A DNA stretch of 64,000 nucleotides from an uncultured Rikenellaceae bacterium (GTDB taxonomy: Bacteria; Bacteroidota; Bacteroidia; Bacteroidales; VadinHA17): positions 269 through 64,268 of the forward strand of contig CAZWUB010000003.1 in the NCBI GenBank assembly GCA_964637415.1, in the 5' to 3' direction. A program made the position numbers and the translations under genes. Each line of letters begins with the position of its first letter. The first letter of the stretch is position 1. The notes under the pieces were generated by a model. That model saw only the letters and a list, made by a program, of their open reading frames with translations, was not told the origin of the DNA and did no database searches. Shown here piece by piece: positions 1 to 8,151 of the stretch.

Positions 1-936
1 CAGGCGGGTTTCATAATCAGGTCTTTGCAGATCGGCCTGAAGCCCCCATTTGAACCTCGAGAGCAGCCTTTGTTCCATTCCCTGAAGATCAACCGGAGGT
101 TTGTCGCAGGTGAGTATAAGCTGCTTTCCCGACTGATGAAGGTGATTGAATATATGGAAGAATGTGTCCTGGGTCTTCTCTTTTCCGGCAAACTCGTGAA
201 CATCATCAAGTATAAGGACGTCGATCATCTGGTAAAAATGAAGGAAATCATTTTTATTGTTATTCCTCACTGACTCAACAAACTGGGTCTGAAATTTATT
301 GGCATTAACATAAAGGACTGTTTTATCGGGATGTTTTTCCTTCACAAGTATTCCTATAGCCTGAGCGAGGTGGGTTTTGCCAAGACCTGAATCACCGTAG
401 ATCATGAGGGGGTTGAAAGCGGTACCTCCGGGACTGTTTCCAACTGCAATTCCTGCCGATCGGGCAAGCCTGTTGCATTCACCTTCAACAAAATTGTTGA
501 AATTATAATCAGGATTCAGTTTCGGGTCAAAATGAAGCTTTTTTATCCCGGGGATCACGAATGGATTTTTGATAGATGGTTGTGTAACATCGAAGGGGAC
601 CTGAAGCGGCTTGTTATTAAGATCAGTTTTATTCCTCGAAGGATATCTGACAGTATAAGGTTTGCCATCTGAATAATTTGCATTCTCCATTACGACATTA
701 TATTCAAGTTTGGCATCAGTTCCGATCTCTCGTCGGAGCGTTTTTCGGAGAATGTCAATGTACTGTTCTTCCAGGTATTCGTAGAAGAACGGACTGGGTA
801 CCTGGATAGTGAGAATGTTATTCTCAAGTTTGAGTGGTACTATTGGTTCAAACCATGTTTTATAACTGGGCGAAGGGATTATATCCCTTATAATTTGCAG
901 ACAGTTATTCCAGACATCGTGATGCGTTTTGTTCAT
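1..936 (-). CDS. dnaA: Chromosomal replication initiator DnaA, N-terminal ~312 codons; the 3' end lies beyond the window start
   Basis: Open at the window edge, so absent from the ORF track. My reverse-strand translation from the ATG at complement(934..936) gives MNKTHHDVWNNCLQIIRDI...NPLMIYGDSGLGKTHLAQAIG...VLILDDVHEFAGKEKTQ...LILTCDKPP. This shows the DnaA N-domain plus AAA+ Walker A/B. ORF 25..273(+) is an antisense shadow. Confidence 0.9.
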   Translation of the reverse strand, partial: MNKTHHDVWNNCLQIIRDIIPSPSYKTWFEPIVPLKLENNILTIQVPSPFFYEYLEEQYIDILRKTLRREIGTDAKLEYNVVMENANYSDGKPYTVRYPSRNKTDLNNKPLQVPFDVTQPSIKNPFVIPGIKKLHFDPKLNPDYNFNNFVEGECNRLARSAGIAVGNSPGGTAFNPLMIYGDSGLGKTHLAQAIGILVKEKHPDKTVLYVNANKFQTQFVESVRNNNKNDFLHFYQMIDVLILDDVHEFAGKEKTQDTFFHIFNHLHQSGKQLILTCDKPPVDLQGMEQRLLSRFKWGLQADLQRPDYETRL

Positions 937-1272
937 TTAGACAGGTTGTTTTATAAGGACGAATTCAAGCTCATTTCTTAAGCAATATTTGTAAAAAAAA
1001 AACTTATAAAAAAAATTATTTTCACTTGATTTTGTCAAAAAAAGTATATGGTTTTATACCTCAGTAACTTACCTGTGTAAAAATAATTTTGTTTCATAAC
1101 ACACAATAAATCAATCAGTTAAGTCCAATAAATCCATCTAATAAGTGTATAACAACTCATTATAAACTCAAGTTCATAATCAGGCATCATCCAAACAAAA
1201 ATGCGGATTATTCTAACATGACTTCACATCTCTTTCACGTCGAAAAGATAATGTGAATTTTTTAATATACGA

Positions 1273-2223
1273 TCATTCTGAAGGAATATTTTTTTTGCCA
1301 AATAAAGAAAAATGTACATACTTTTTCGGATTGGCTTTCATATCCTGTAAAAGGTGGTTCAGACTTTCAAGTGTACCTGAAAGATTTGTATAAAGTGAAT
1401 CGTCTGTAAGTAATTGTCCGGCACTTCCTTTCCCTTCATTAAGATTCTTCAGAATTCCGGATGTACCCTCAAGGCTCTTCTTAAGACTTGCCATTGAAGA
1501 ATAAATATCGGAAGCTGCAAGAGTATCTGTTATTGATTCAAGATTGGTCACTGCACTGCTTATTTTTGGTGAATTATCTGCAAGCATCCGGGAAAATCTG
1601 GTAAGATCTTCGACAGCTTTCTTGAGATCTGCCTCATTTGAGCCGATAATTTCGTTAACACTGCCGGCTGTGCTGTTAAGGTTTGAAACAATACCATTGA
1701 CATTTTTCCTGAATTCCGGATCAAGTACATCGTCAATAGCATTTGTTACTGAATCGAGGGCAACAACAAGTGAAAGCAGTTTATCCTTTATTGGTCCGAA
1801 CTGTTTTTCAATACTTACGATAATTGATTCAGAAAGTTTGCCGGGTATGGTGTCACCTTCATTATAAAATCCGGGACCTTCGCCGATAAGAAACTGTACT
1901 TTCATCCCTGCAATTATTGAAACAGGAAGTATTTCGGCGACAGAATTTACCGGAAGTCTGAAATCGTTGCTTACCGAGTATGTCACAAGCAGTTTGCCGC
2001 TTGTTTTGTTTAGCAGGCTTATTGACTGAACCACCCCGACCCTGAAGCCATTTATTTCAACAGGGCTTGATTCGGCGAGGCCTCCTATATCATCATAAAC
2101 ACTGTAATAGTAAACTGTTTTCTTGAAATAATCTTTGCCTTTAAGGAAATTAAAGAGCCAGATGAAGGCCAGTATAGTTAAGATTGCTGCTGCTCCTACT
2201 TTAACTTCATTTGATATTTTCAT
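1273..2223 (-). CDS. MCE/MlaD-family protein (lipid-asymmetry / Mce-type substrate-binding component)
   Basis: 316 aa. N-terminal TM helix (VKVGAAAILTILAFIWLF), then an MCE-type core (SPVEINGFRVGVVQSI...AEILPVSIIAGMKV) and a long helical tail. Lies 13 nt downstream of the amidase gene on the same strand. Confidence 0.75.
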   Translation of the reverse strand: MKISNEVKVGAAAILTILAFIWLFNFLKGKDYFKKTVYYYSVYDDIGGLAESSPVEINGFRVGVVQSISLLNKTSGKLLVTYSVSNDFRLPVNSVAEILPVSIIAGMKVQFLIGEGPGFYNEGDTIPGKLSESIIVSIEKQFGPIKDKLLSLVVALDSVTNAIDDVLDPEFRKNVNGIVSNLNSTAGSVNEIIGSNEADLKKAVEDLTRFSRMLADNSPKISSAVTNLESITDTLAASDIYSSMASLKKSLEGTSGILKNLNEGKGSAGQLLTDDSLYTNLSGTLESLNHLLQDMKANPKKYVHFSLFGKKNIPSE

Positions 2224-2236
2224 GGTTGCCGGATGT

Positions 2237-3388
2237 TTATTTCTTCTTTTTCAGGTCCAGTGCCTGTTGTAAAGGTAATATTTTGTTGTCTTTTATTGCA
2301 ATCACAAATGCATCGGGATAAATTTCCTCAATCATCCTTCTGTGTTTCACCGCATCGGCATATTCCCTGAAACTGCCTGTTGCATATTTAAATCGTTCCT
2401 GGACAACGATCTCAATAATATCTGTCAGACCTTTGAAATTTTCCGGCTTGATCCCGGTCCTTGCTGAAGCTGAGGAAACCTGCACCCTGAAAACGATACC
2501 ATCGTCTGTCTTGACAGTTTCACCGGAAGCCTGATTGTCTTTCATCAGGATCTCTTTCTCTGCTATTGAGAAATTGCTCATATTATCAATATCGTTTATA
2601 TAGTCGCGGCAAGCCCTGTAGATTGCAGATGCCAGGTAATCCTGTCCCTGTTTGGAATTAAGGTACTTCTCCTCAGCGGCATTGGTTATAAATCCGGTTT
2701 CAATAAGCACGCTGGGCATTGAAGTATTGAAGAGTACCCAGAATCCTGCCTGCCTGACGCCTCTGTCATTCCTGTTGGCTCTCTCTTTGAACTGAGTCTG
2801 CACTTTCATTGCCAGATCGGCGCTCTGCTTCTGGAAAACATTCTGTGTAAGCGTGAAAATAATATATGATTCCGGTGATTTCGGATCAAAGCCCTGGTAT
2901 TTTGTCGAATAATCTTCTTCCAGAAGGATAACCTCATTTTCTTTCATGGCCACGGCCAGGTTATCTTCATCTTTCGCGAGTCCCATTATATATGTTTCAG
3001 GACCTGATACATTTTTGTTTTTTGCCCAGTTTGCATGTATTGAAATAAACAGATCTGCTTTGTTCTTATTTGCAATCTGAGGTCTGTCGAGAATATCGAC
3101 AGTGGAGTCATCTTCCCTTGTATAGACAACCTTTACATTCTTAAGATTTTCAGTCAGGTATTCACCTGTTTTCTTTGCGATTGCAAGGTTTATGTTCTTT
3201 TCCTGGCTGAATGATCCAAGTGCACCGGGGTCCCTGCCTCCGTGTCCGGGATCTATGACTATAACCCACAGGCCATTTGTTTTAAAGGCGGGAGTGGCAT
3301 TAACATTGAGGGTAATTAAAAAGAGAGCGAATGCAACACTATATATATAAATGGTATGGTGTTTGCCGTTTTTATAAACTGTGCACAT
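2237..3388 (-). CDS. N-acetylmuramoyl-L-alanine amidase (Amidase_3) with C-terminal SPOR-like domain
   Basis: The ORF extends to 3724, but the plausible start is the ATG at complement(3386..3388). That start gives MCTVYKNGKHHTIYIYSVAFALFLITLNVNA (signal-like). Motifs follow: VIVIDPGHGGRDPGA, DLFISIHAN, PSVLIETGFITN. The C-terminus IVFRVQVSS...AFVIAIKD resembles SPOR. Confidence 0.85.
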   Translation of the reverse strand: MCTVYKNGKHHTIYIYSVAFALFLITLNVNATPAFKTNGLWVIVIDPGHGGRDPGALGSFSQEKNINLAIAKKTGEYLTENLKNVKVVYTREDDSTVDILDRPQIANKNKADLFISIHANWAKNKNVSGPETYIMGLAKDEDNLAVAMKENEVILLEEDYSTKYQGFDPKSPESYIIFTLTQNVFQKQSADLAMKVQTQFKERANRNDRGVRQAGFWVLFNTSMPSVLIETGFITNAAEEKYLNSKQGQDYLASAIYRACRDYINDIDNMSNFSIAEKEILMKDNQASGETVKTDDGIVFRVQVSSASARTGIKPENFKGLTDIIEIVVQERFKYATGSFREYADAVKHRRMIEEIYPDAFVIAIKDNKILPLQQALDLKKKK

Positions 3389-3428
3389 ATTTAGTTCGCG
3401 TTTTTTTAATAGTTTTACCGCCGACATC

Positions 3429-6137
3429 ATGACGTCACACAAAAACAGTACAAAAATAGTATTTAAGTTGTATTTTATTAAAGAAAAGCGGTTACTTGTA
3501 GTGTTCTTCGTGATGCTCCTGTCTGTTTCTCTGTTCTCCCAGGAAGACATTATTAAGCCTGATTCGCTGATTATCAGGCCTGATTCAACTATTACCGACA
3601 CTGTTTTCCTCAAAAGAATCTCTCCGGAAGCTATTGAAAAACAGGTAACATATAAGGCTGAAGGGTATAAGAGGAATGATCTTATAAGTAAAAAATCCAC
3701 CCTTGTTAAGAATGCTGAAGTCAATTACGACAATATAAAGATCACTGCAGATTCAATCGAGTTCAACATGGAGACAAGCCAGGTGTTTGCCACCGGTATC
3801 AAAGATACTGCCGGGATAGTTCAGGGAAAACCGGTTCTGGTGGTCGGTTCGGAAACATATAATGCCGATACACTTACTTACAACTTCAAAACAGGTCAGG
3901 CAGTGGTTAAGGTCATAGTCACATCGCAGGAGGATGGACTTCTCAGGAGTAAAATAGCAAAAATGCTCGATGACGGAACAACGAACATTTTTAAAAGTAC
4001 TTATTCCACATGCGATGCTGATACACCACATTTCTATATCAGCCTGCCGAGAGCAAAAGTCTATCCCGGTAAGAAGATCATTTCCGGACCGGGTAACCTT
4101 GTGCTCGAGGGGATCCCATTACCCTTGTACCTTCCTTTCGGGTATTTTCCTGTCCAGACAAAAAGAGCAGCATCAGGAATAATTATGCCAAAGCCACATT
4201 ATGAGGAAGGTCGCGGATATGCACTTACAGATGGCGGTTATTACTTCGCCCTTAATAACTATTTTGATCTGACTCTCAAGGGAAATATATTCACAAACGG
4301 TTCATGGCTCGGGACTGTAGCTACCAATTATAATAAAAGGTATAAGTACAGTGGTAATTTTTCTTTTACATATGCAAACAATGTAAATGGTCATAAGGGA
4401 TTATCTGATTATAGAAAAGCTGCAAACTACAGTATCAACTGGTCATATAACCAGAATGCCAAGGCAAGGCCGGGATCAAGGTTCTCGGCAAGCGTAAATA
4501 TGAGTTCCAGCGGATTCGACAGGAATAACAGCTATAATCTGAATGATCATATAACAACACAACGGCAGTCGAGCATCAGTTATTCGAAATCATGGGAAGG
4601 GACCCCTTTCAACTTTTCAGCCAGTATGAACCACAGTCAGAATATAAGAGGAAAATATCCCACAGTGAATCTTAACCTTCCTAAGCTTAATTTCAGCATG
4701 TCGAGAATATATCCTCTGAAAAGCAGAAAAAGAACTGGTCCCGATAAATGGTACCAGGAACTCTCATTTTCATATTCGGCAAAAGTCGACAATCAGATAA
4801 GTACCTACGACAGCCTTCTCTTTACAAACAAGGTGTGGAATAATATGAGATCCGGATTTTCTCATGAAGTGCCTCTTAGCTTCCAGCTCCGGCCTTTCAG
4901 GAATTTCTCCATTTCACCCTCAGTTTCATACAATGGTGTAATGTATACCCAGAAAATAAACAAAACATGGGATATAAATTACAGAGATCCCGAAACGGGC
5001 GAGATCACCCCTATTGTTGTAAAGGATACCCTGAGGGGATATTTCTATGGTCACTCAATAAACCCGTCAATAAGTGCCGGTTACAGTCCCCAGATCTTCG
5101 GGTTGTTCCAGTTTACCAATCCCGAATCAAGGGTTCAGGCAATAAGACATGTTATGAAGCCATCGGTAAGTTTCAGTTATATACCCTTTCTTAAAGGATT
5201 CAGTACACAGATGTACAGACAGGTACAGTCTGATACAACTGGTAGGATTGATGATTATTCGATATTTGAAGGAGGGATATATGGCACTCCGTCATTATCA
5301 AGGAAAAGCGGAAATGTATCCTTCAACCTGACAAATATTCTTGAGGCAAAAGTATTTGAGCGTAACGATACCACAGGGAAACCAAAAAATGTAAAGCTTA
5401 TTGATAATTTCGGTCTTTCCACATCTTATAACGTGTTCGCCGATTCACTGAGATGGAGCCCTCTTAACATGGTTATGCGTACTCGTCTTTTCGAAAACAT
5501 AAATGTTTCTGCAGGAAGTAATTTCTCGTTCTACGCACTCGACAGCAAAGGAAATCAAACAGCTAAGTTTTATTATTCTGAAACCGGGAAACCGCTGCGT
5601 CTGACCAATGCAACAATGAGTCTCGACTTGAGCGTAAATGAACTGCTGAGCCGTGATGAATCCAAGAAGAAATCCGAAACCACTCAGAATAATGCGGACC
5701 AGAGAAATTTTTCGGGTCTGGATAGCCGTGAGAGTAATCTCCCGGGTGCTGACAGAGCAGGGACTGAAAGTGCAGGAGTTTTCGACGAGTACGGATATAT
5801 GGAATTCGACGTGCCGTGGACAATGAATGTTGCCTACAGCATCAATTATACAAAGCAATACAATAAATCACTGCTGAGCCAGACCCTGAGTATTAACGGG
5901 AACATGTCACTTACGAAGAAGATGAACCTTACATTCAACAGTGGTTATGATTTTACCAGGAAAGAAATTACAATGACCCAGATTGCGATAACACGCGATC
6001 TTCATTGCTGGGACATGTCGTTTAACTGGGTTCCCAACGGAACAGTTAAAATGTGGGAGTTCTCGATAAGGGTTAAGGCAGCTGTATTGTCAGACCTTAA
6101 GTATGAGAGAAGGAAGGATTATCATGATAATTATTAG
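3429..6137 (+). CDS. lptD: LptD/OstA-like LPS-assembly outer-membrane protein
   Basis: The ORF opens at GTG 3381. ATG 3429 (MTSHKNSTKIVF...VVFFVMLLSVSLFSQ) gives a signal-like N-terminus. An OstA-like segment (ITADSIEFNMETSQVFATG...YNADTLTYNFKTGQAVV) is followed by a ~700-aa beta-rich region, as in Bacteroidota LptD homologues. The start is uncertain. Confidence 0.7.
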   Translation: MTSHKNSTKIVFKLYFIKEKRLLVVFFVMLLSVSLFSQEDIIKPDSLIIRPDSTITDTVFLKRISPEAIEKQVTYKAEGYKRNDLISKKSTLVKNAEVNYDNIKITADSIEFNMETSQVFATGIKDTAGIVQGKPVLVVGSETYNADTLTYNFKTGQAVVKVIVTSQEDGLLRSKIAKMLDDGTTNIFKSTYSTCDADTPHFYISLPRAKVYPGKKIISGPGNLVLEGIPLPLYLPFGYFPVQTKRAASGIIMPKPHYEEGRGYALTDGGYYFALNNYFDLTLKGNIFTNGSWLGTVATNYNKRYKYSGNFSFTYANNVNGHKGLSDYRKAANYSINWSYNQNAKARPGSRFSASVNMSSSGFDRNNSYNLNDHITTQRQSSISYSKSWEGTPFNFSASMNHSQNIRGKYPTVNLNLPKLNFSMSRIYPLKSRKRTGPDKWYQELSFSYSAKVDNQISTYDSLLFTNKVWNNMRSGFSHEVPLSFQLRPFRNFSISPSVSYNGVMYTQKINKTWDINYRDPETGEITPIVVKDTLRGYFYGHSINPSISAGYSPQIFGLFQFTNPESRVQAIRHVMKPSVSFSYIPFLKGFSTQMYRQVQSDTTGRIDDYSIFEGGIYGTPSLSRKSGNVSFNLTNILEAKVFERNDTTGKPKNVKLIDNFGLSTSYNVFADSLRWSPLNMVMRTRLFENINVSAGSNFSFYALDSKGNQTAKFYYSETGKPLRLTNATMSLDLSVNELLSRDESKKKSETTQNNADQRNFSGLDSRESNLPGADRAGTESAGVFDEYGYMEFDVPWTMNVAYSINYTKQYNKSLLSQTLSINGNMSLTKKMNLTFNSGYDFTRKEITMTQIAITRDLHCWDMSFNWVPNGTVKMWEFSIRVKAAVLSDLKYERRKDYHDNY

Positions 6138-6255
6138 TAAGCGGTAATCAGTAATCAGTAATCAGTAATCAGTAATCAGTAATCAGTAATCAGTAATCTG
6201 TAATCAGTAATCAGTAAGCGGTAATCAGTAAGTAGTAAGCAGTAAGCAGTAGTAA
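6137..6255. repeat. Heptanucleotide tandem array, about 17 units of GTAATCA and variants (GTAAGCG, GTAATCT, GTAAGTA, GTAAGCA)
   Basis: Read directly. Seven consecutive perfect GTAATCA units span 6144..6192. The array begins at the G of the lptD-like stop codon TAG (6135..6137). Confidence 0.95.
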
Positions 6256-6269
6256 ATGTACGGAATCCT

Positions 6270-6304
6270 GAACTCCAAACTCTAAACTTCAAACTCCAAA
6301 CTTA
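6270..6304. repeat. Second heptamer array, AAACTYC-type, 5 units
   Basis: Sequence reads gaactcc aaactct aaacttc aaactcc aaactta. It ends 6 nt before the ridA ATG (6311). Confidence 0.85.
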
Positions 6305-6310
6305 TAAAAA

Positions 6311-6688
6311 ATGAAACGAATCATTAAAACCTCAGAAGCCCCGGCTGCTTTAGGTCCATACAGTCAGGCAGTGGAAGTAAACGGAACCCTTTATGTTTCG
6401 GGACAGATTGCTATTGATCCGAAGACAGGCAAACTTATTGAAGGGGATATTCAGGCACAGGCCAGGCAGATTTTCAGGAATATTGAAGCTATCCTCAAGG
6501 CTGCCGGTTACAGTTTTGCAGAAGTGGTCAAATCGACTGTATTCCTGAATGATATATCGGATTTTAAGCCGATGAATGAAGTCTACGGTCAGATTTATAT
6601 TGAGAATCATCCTGCACGATCAGCCTTTGCGGTTAAGGATCTTCCGGCGGGAGCTCTTATAGAAATTGAAACAATTGCTGCGAAATAG
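6311..6688 (+). CDS. ridA: RidA/YjgF-family reactive enamine/imine deaminase
   Basis: 125 aa. Reads APAALGPYSQAVEVNGTLYVSGQIAIDPKTG...ARSAFAVKDLPAGALIEIETIA, the typical RidA layout. Confidence 0.9.
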   Translation: MKRIIKTSEAPAALGPYSQAVEVNGTLYVSGQIAIDPKTGKLIEGDIQAQARQIFRNIEAILKAAGYSFAEVVKSTVFLNDISDFKPMNEVYGQIYIENHPARSAFAVKDLPAGALIEIETIAAK

Positions 6689-6702
6689 GACAGGCTGGGT
6701 AT

Positions 6703-6740
6703 AAAAAAAAGACCGGGTCAGTACGATCCGGTCTTCAATA
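6703..6740 (-). terminator. Intrinsic terminator hairpin between convergent ridA and rplI
   Basis: Stem aagaccgg (6709..6716) pairs with ccggtctt (6728..6735) around an 11-nt loop. The A8 run at 6703..6710 becomes a U-run on the minus strand (rpsF-rpsR-rplI transcript). The T-rich flank on the plus side is weaker. Confidence 0.6.
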
Positions 6741-6755
6741 TTAATTTGCAGCAAT

Positions 6756-7202
6756 CTATTCCGCAACAATTTCAAAATCAATATCCACCTTCACATCCCT
6801 GTGAAGTTTGATGATTGCTTTATATTTCCCGATCTCTTTGATCTGATCTTCCGGAAGTGATATGTTTTTACGGTCAATTTCAAATCCCTTCTCTCTGAGC
6901 CCCTCCGCAATCTGAATTGTGTTTACTGATCCGAAGATCTTGCCTGAGGAACTTGTTTTTGCGCCTATGACAAGTTTGAGATCGGCCATCTTTGTTGCAA
7001 GCTCTTCAGCAACAGTTTTGATCTTCTCTTCCTTATGAGCTCTCTGCTTAAGATTCTCAGCATGCATCTTCCTGGCTGACGGCGAGGCTGCTACTGCAAA
7101 ACCCTTGGGTATAAGGTAATTTCTGCCATATCCATCCTTAACATGTACCAGGTCATCTTTCTGACCCAGTTTTCTGACATCCTGTAATAATATAATTTCC
7201 AT
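6756..7202 (-). CDS. rplI: 50S ribosomal protein L9
   Basis: MEIILLQDVRKLGQKDDLVHVKDGYGRNYLIPKGFAV is the canonical L9 N-terminus. 148 aa. Confidence 0.95.
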   Translation of the reverse strand: MEIILLQDVRKLGQKDDLVHVKDGYGRNYLIPKGFAVAASPSARKMHAENLKQRAHKEEKIKTVAEELATKMADLKLVIGAKTSSSGKIFGSVNTIQIAEGLREKGFEIDRKNISLPEDQIKEIGKYKAIIKLHRDVKVDIDFEIVAE

Positions 7203-7214
7203 ACCTGTTCCTCC

Positions 7215-7484
7215 TTATTTTAATAGGTCAGTTACATACGGAAGAAGGGAAATATGACGTGCTCTTTTAACTGCCTGGGCCACTTTTCTCTGATATTTGA
7301 GTGAAGTACCTGTTAATCTCCGCGGGAGTATCTTCCCCTGGTCGTTCAGGAATTTCTTTAAGAACTCGGGATCCTTGTAATCGATATATCTTATCTTGTT
7401 CTTTTTGAAGCGACAGTACTTCTTCTTCTTAACTTCGACTGTCGGTGGAGTCAAATACCTGATTTCTGATTCATTCTGTGCCAT
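7215..7484 (-). CDS. rpsR: 30S ribosomal protein S18
   Basis: Reads [61 protein letters not shown]. 89 aa. Confidence 0.95.
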   Translation of the reverse strand: MAQNESEIRYLTPPTVEVKKKKYCRFKKNKIRYIDYKDPEFLKKFLNDQGKILPRRLTGTSLKYQRKVAQAVKRARHISLLPYVTDLLK

Positions 7485-7487
7485 ATC

Positions 7488-7841
7488 TTATTCCTCCTTT
7501 ACTTTACCTGATTCTTTTTGTTTTCTTTTCTTCTCTGCATATTCAACAGCAAATTTATCCATTCTGAAGGTGAGGAATCTTATGATCCTCTCATCCCTCC
7601 GGTACTGGACTTCAAGCTTGTCAACAATTGTTCCCGGGCCTTTGAACTCAAGGAGATAATAAAAGCCGGTCGATTTTTTCTGAATAGGATAGGCCAGTTT
7701 TTTCAGGCCCCAGTTCTCTTCATGAACGATCTCACCTTCATTCTCGGTGATGACCTTCTTGAATTTCTGTACCGCTTCCTTCATCTGGTTCTCAGATAAA
7801 ACGGGAGTTGCAATGAAAACGGTTTCGTACTGGTTCAACAT
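7488..7841 (-). CDS. rpsF: 30S ribosomal protein S6
   Basis: Reads [19 protein letters not shown]...[13 protein letters not shown]. First gene of the rpsF-rpsR-rplI run, 3 nt before rpsR. Confidence 0.93.
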   Translation of the reverse strand: MLNQYETVFIATPVLSENQMKEAVQKFKKVITENEGEIVHEENWGLKKLAYPIQKKSTGFYYLLEFKGPGTIVDKLEVQYRRDERIIRFLTFRMDKFAVEYAEKKRKQKESGKVKEE

Positions 7842-7886
7842 AGTTTAACTGATAATTTTGTTTAATTTTTAAATGATTTCGGAGCG

Positions 7887-7894
7887 CAAAAATA
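7887..7894 (-). promoter_or_regulatory. Candidate Bacteroidota -7 promoter box (TAnnTTTG) for rpsF-rpsR-rplI
   Basis: Plus strand caaaaata equals TATTTTTG on the minus strand, 46 nt upstream of the rpsF ATG. The motif match is the only evidence. Confidence 0.3.
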
Positions 7895-7974
7895 CAATTT
7901 TTTCCTATAAAAAAATGATTATCCGAAAAATAATACTGTTTTATCACATTGTCAGTAAGAAATTAACGTAATCT

Positions 7975-8017
7975 CCGGTTTATTTTAATGTAAATCCCGG
8001 TTATTTTAATGTAAATC
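7975..8017. repeat. Tandem duplication (22 + 21 nt) CCGGT(T)TATTTTAATGTAAATC
   Basis: Copy 1 is 7975..7996 and copy 2 is 7997..8017. They differ by one T. Located in the rpsF/dnaX divergent intergenic region. Confidence 0.85.
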
Positions 8018-8105
8018 CCCGCTGATCTGTCTGCCGTTTCGATGCAAAGGATTATTCATAACAGAAGTAATTTCCTCTCCGCTTTATCAGCCAACCCTTT
8101 TTATT

Positions 8106-8113
8106 TATATTTG
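8106..8113 (+). promoter_or_regulatory. Candidate -7 promoter box TATATTTG for dnaX
   Basis: Exact TAnnTTTG match 39 nt upstream of the dnaX ATG. The candidate box upstream of exbB has the same spacing. Confidence 0.35.
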
Positions 8114-8151
8114 CAGTACATAATTTCCAAAAAGAAAGGCTCCATCCTTTT

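Noticed and set aside
937-1272. A 336-bp AT-rich spacer upstream of dnaA as a possible oriC with DnaA boxes and an unwinding element
   Set aside because: I found no perfect TTATCCACA/TGTGGATAA box. The best candidates (tcatccaaa at 1187, tgtgtaaaa at 1074, agtgtataa at 1144) each have 2 mismatches, which is expected by chance in AT-rich DNA. oriC may be here or elsewhere. A genome-wide GC-skew and DnaA-box scan would be needed.
3389-3724. Long 5' extensions of the longest ORFs (amidase to 3724, ligA to 19938, membrane PABS protein to 23210, TPR from 30937, oxidoreductase to 56476, buk from 60577)
   Set aside because: The extensions overlap neighbouring genes or divergent promoters, use TTG/GTG starts, and precede an internal ATG that gives a proper signal peptide or the conserved family N-terminus. 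In one case a -7 box lies inside the extension.
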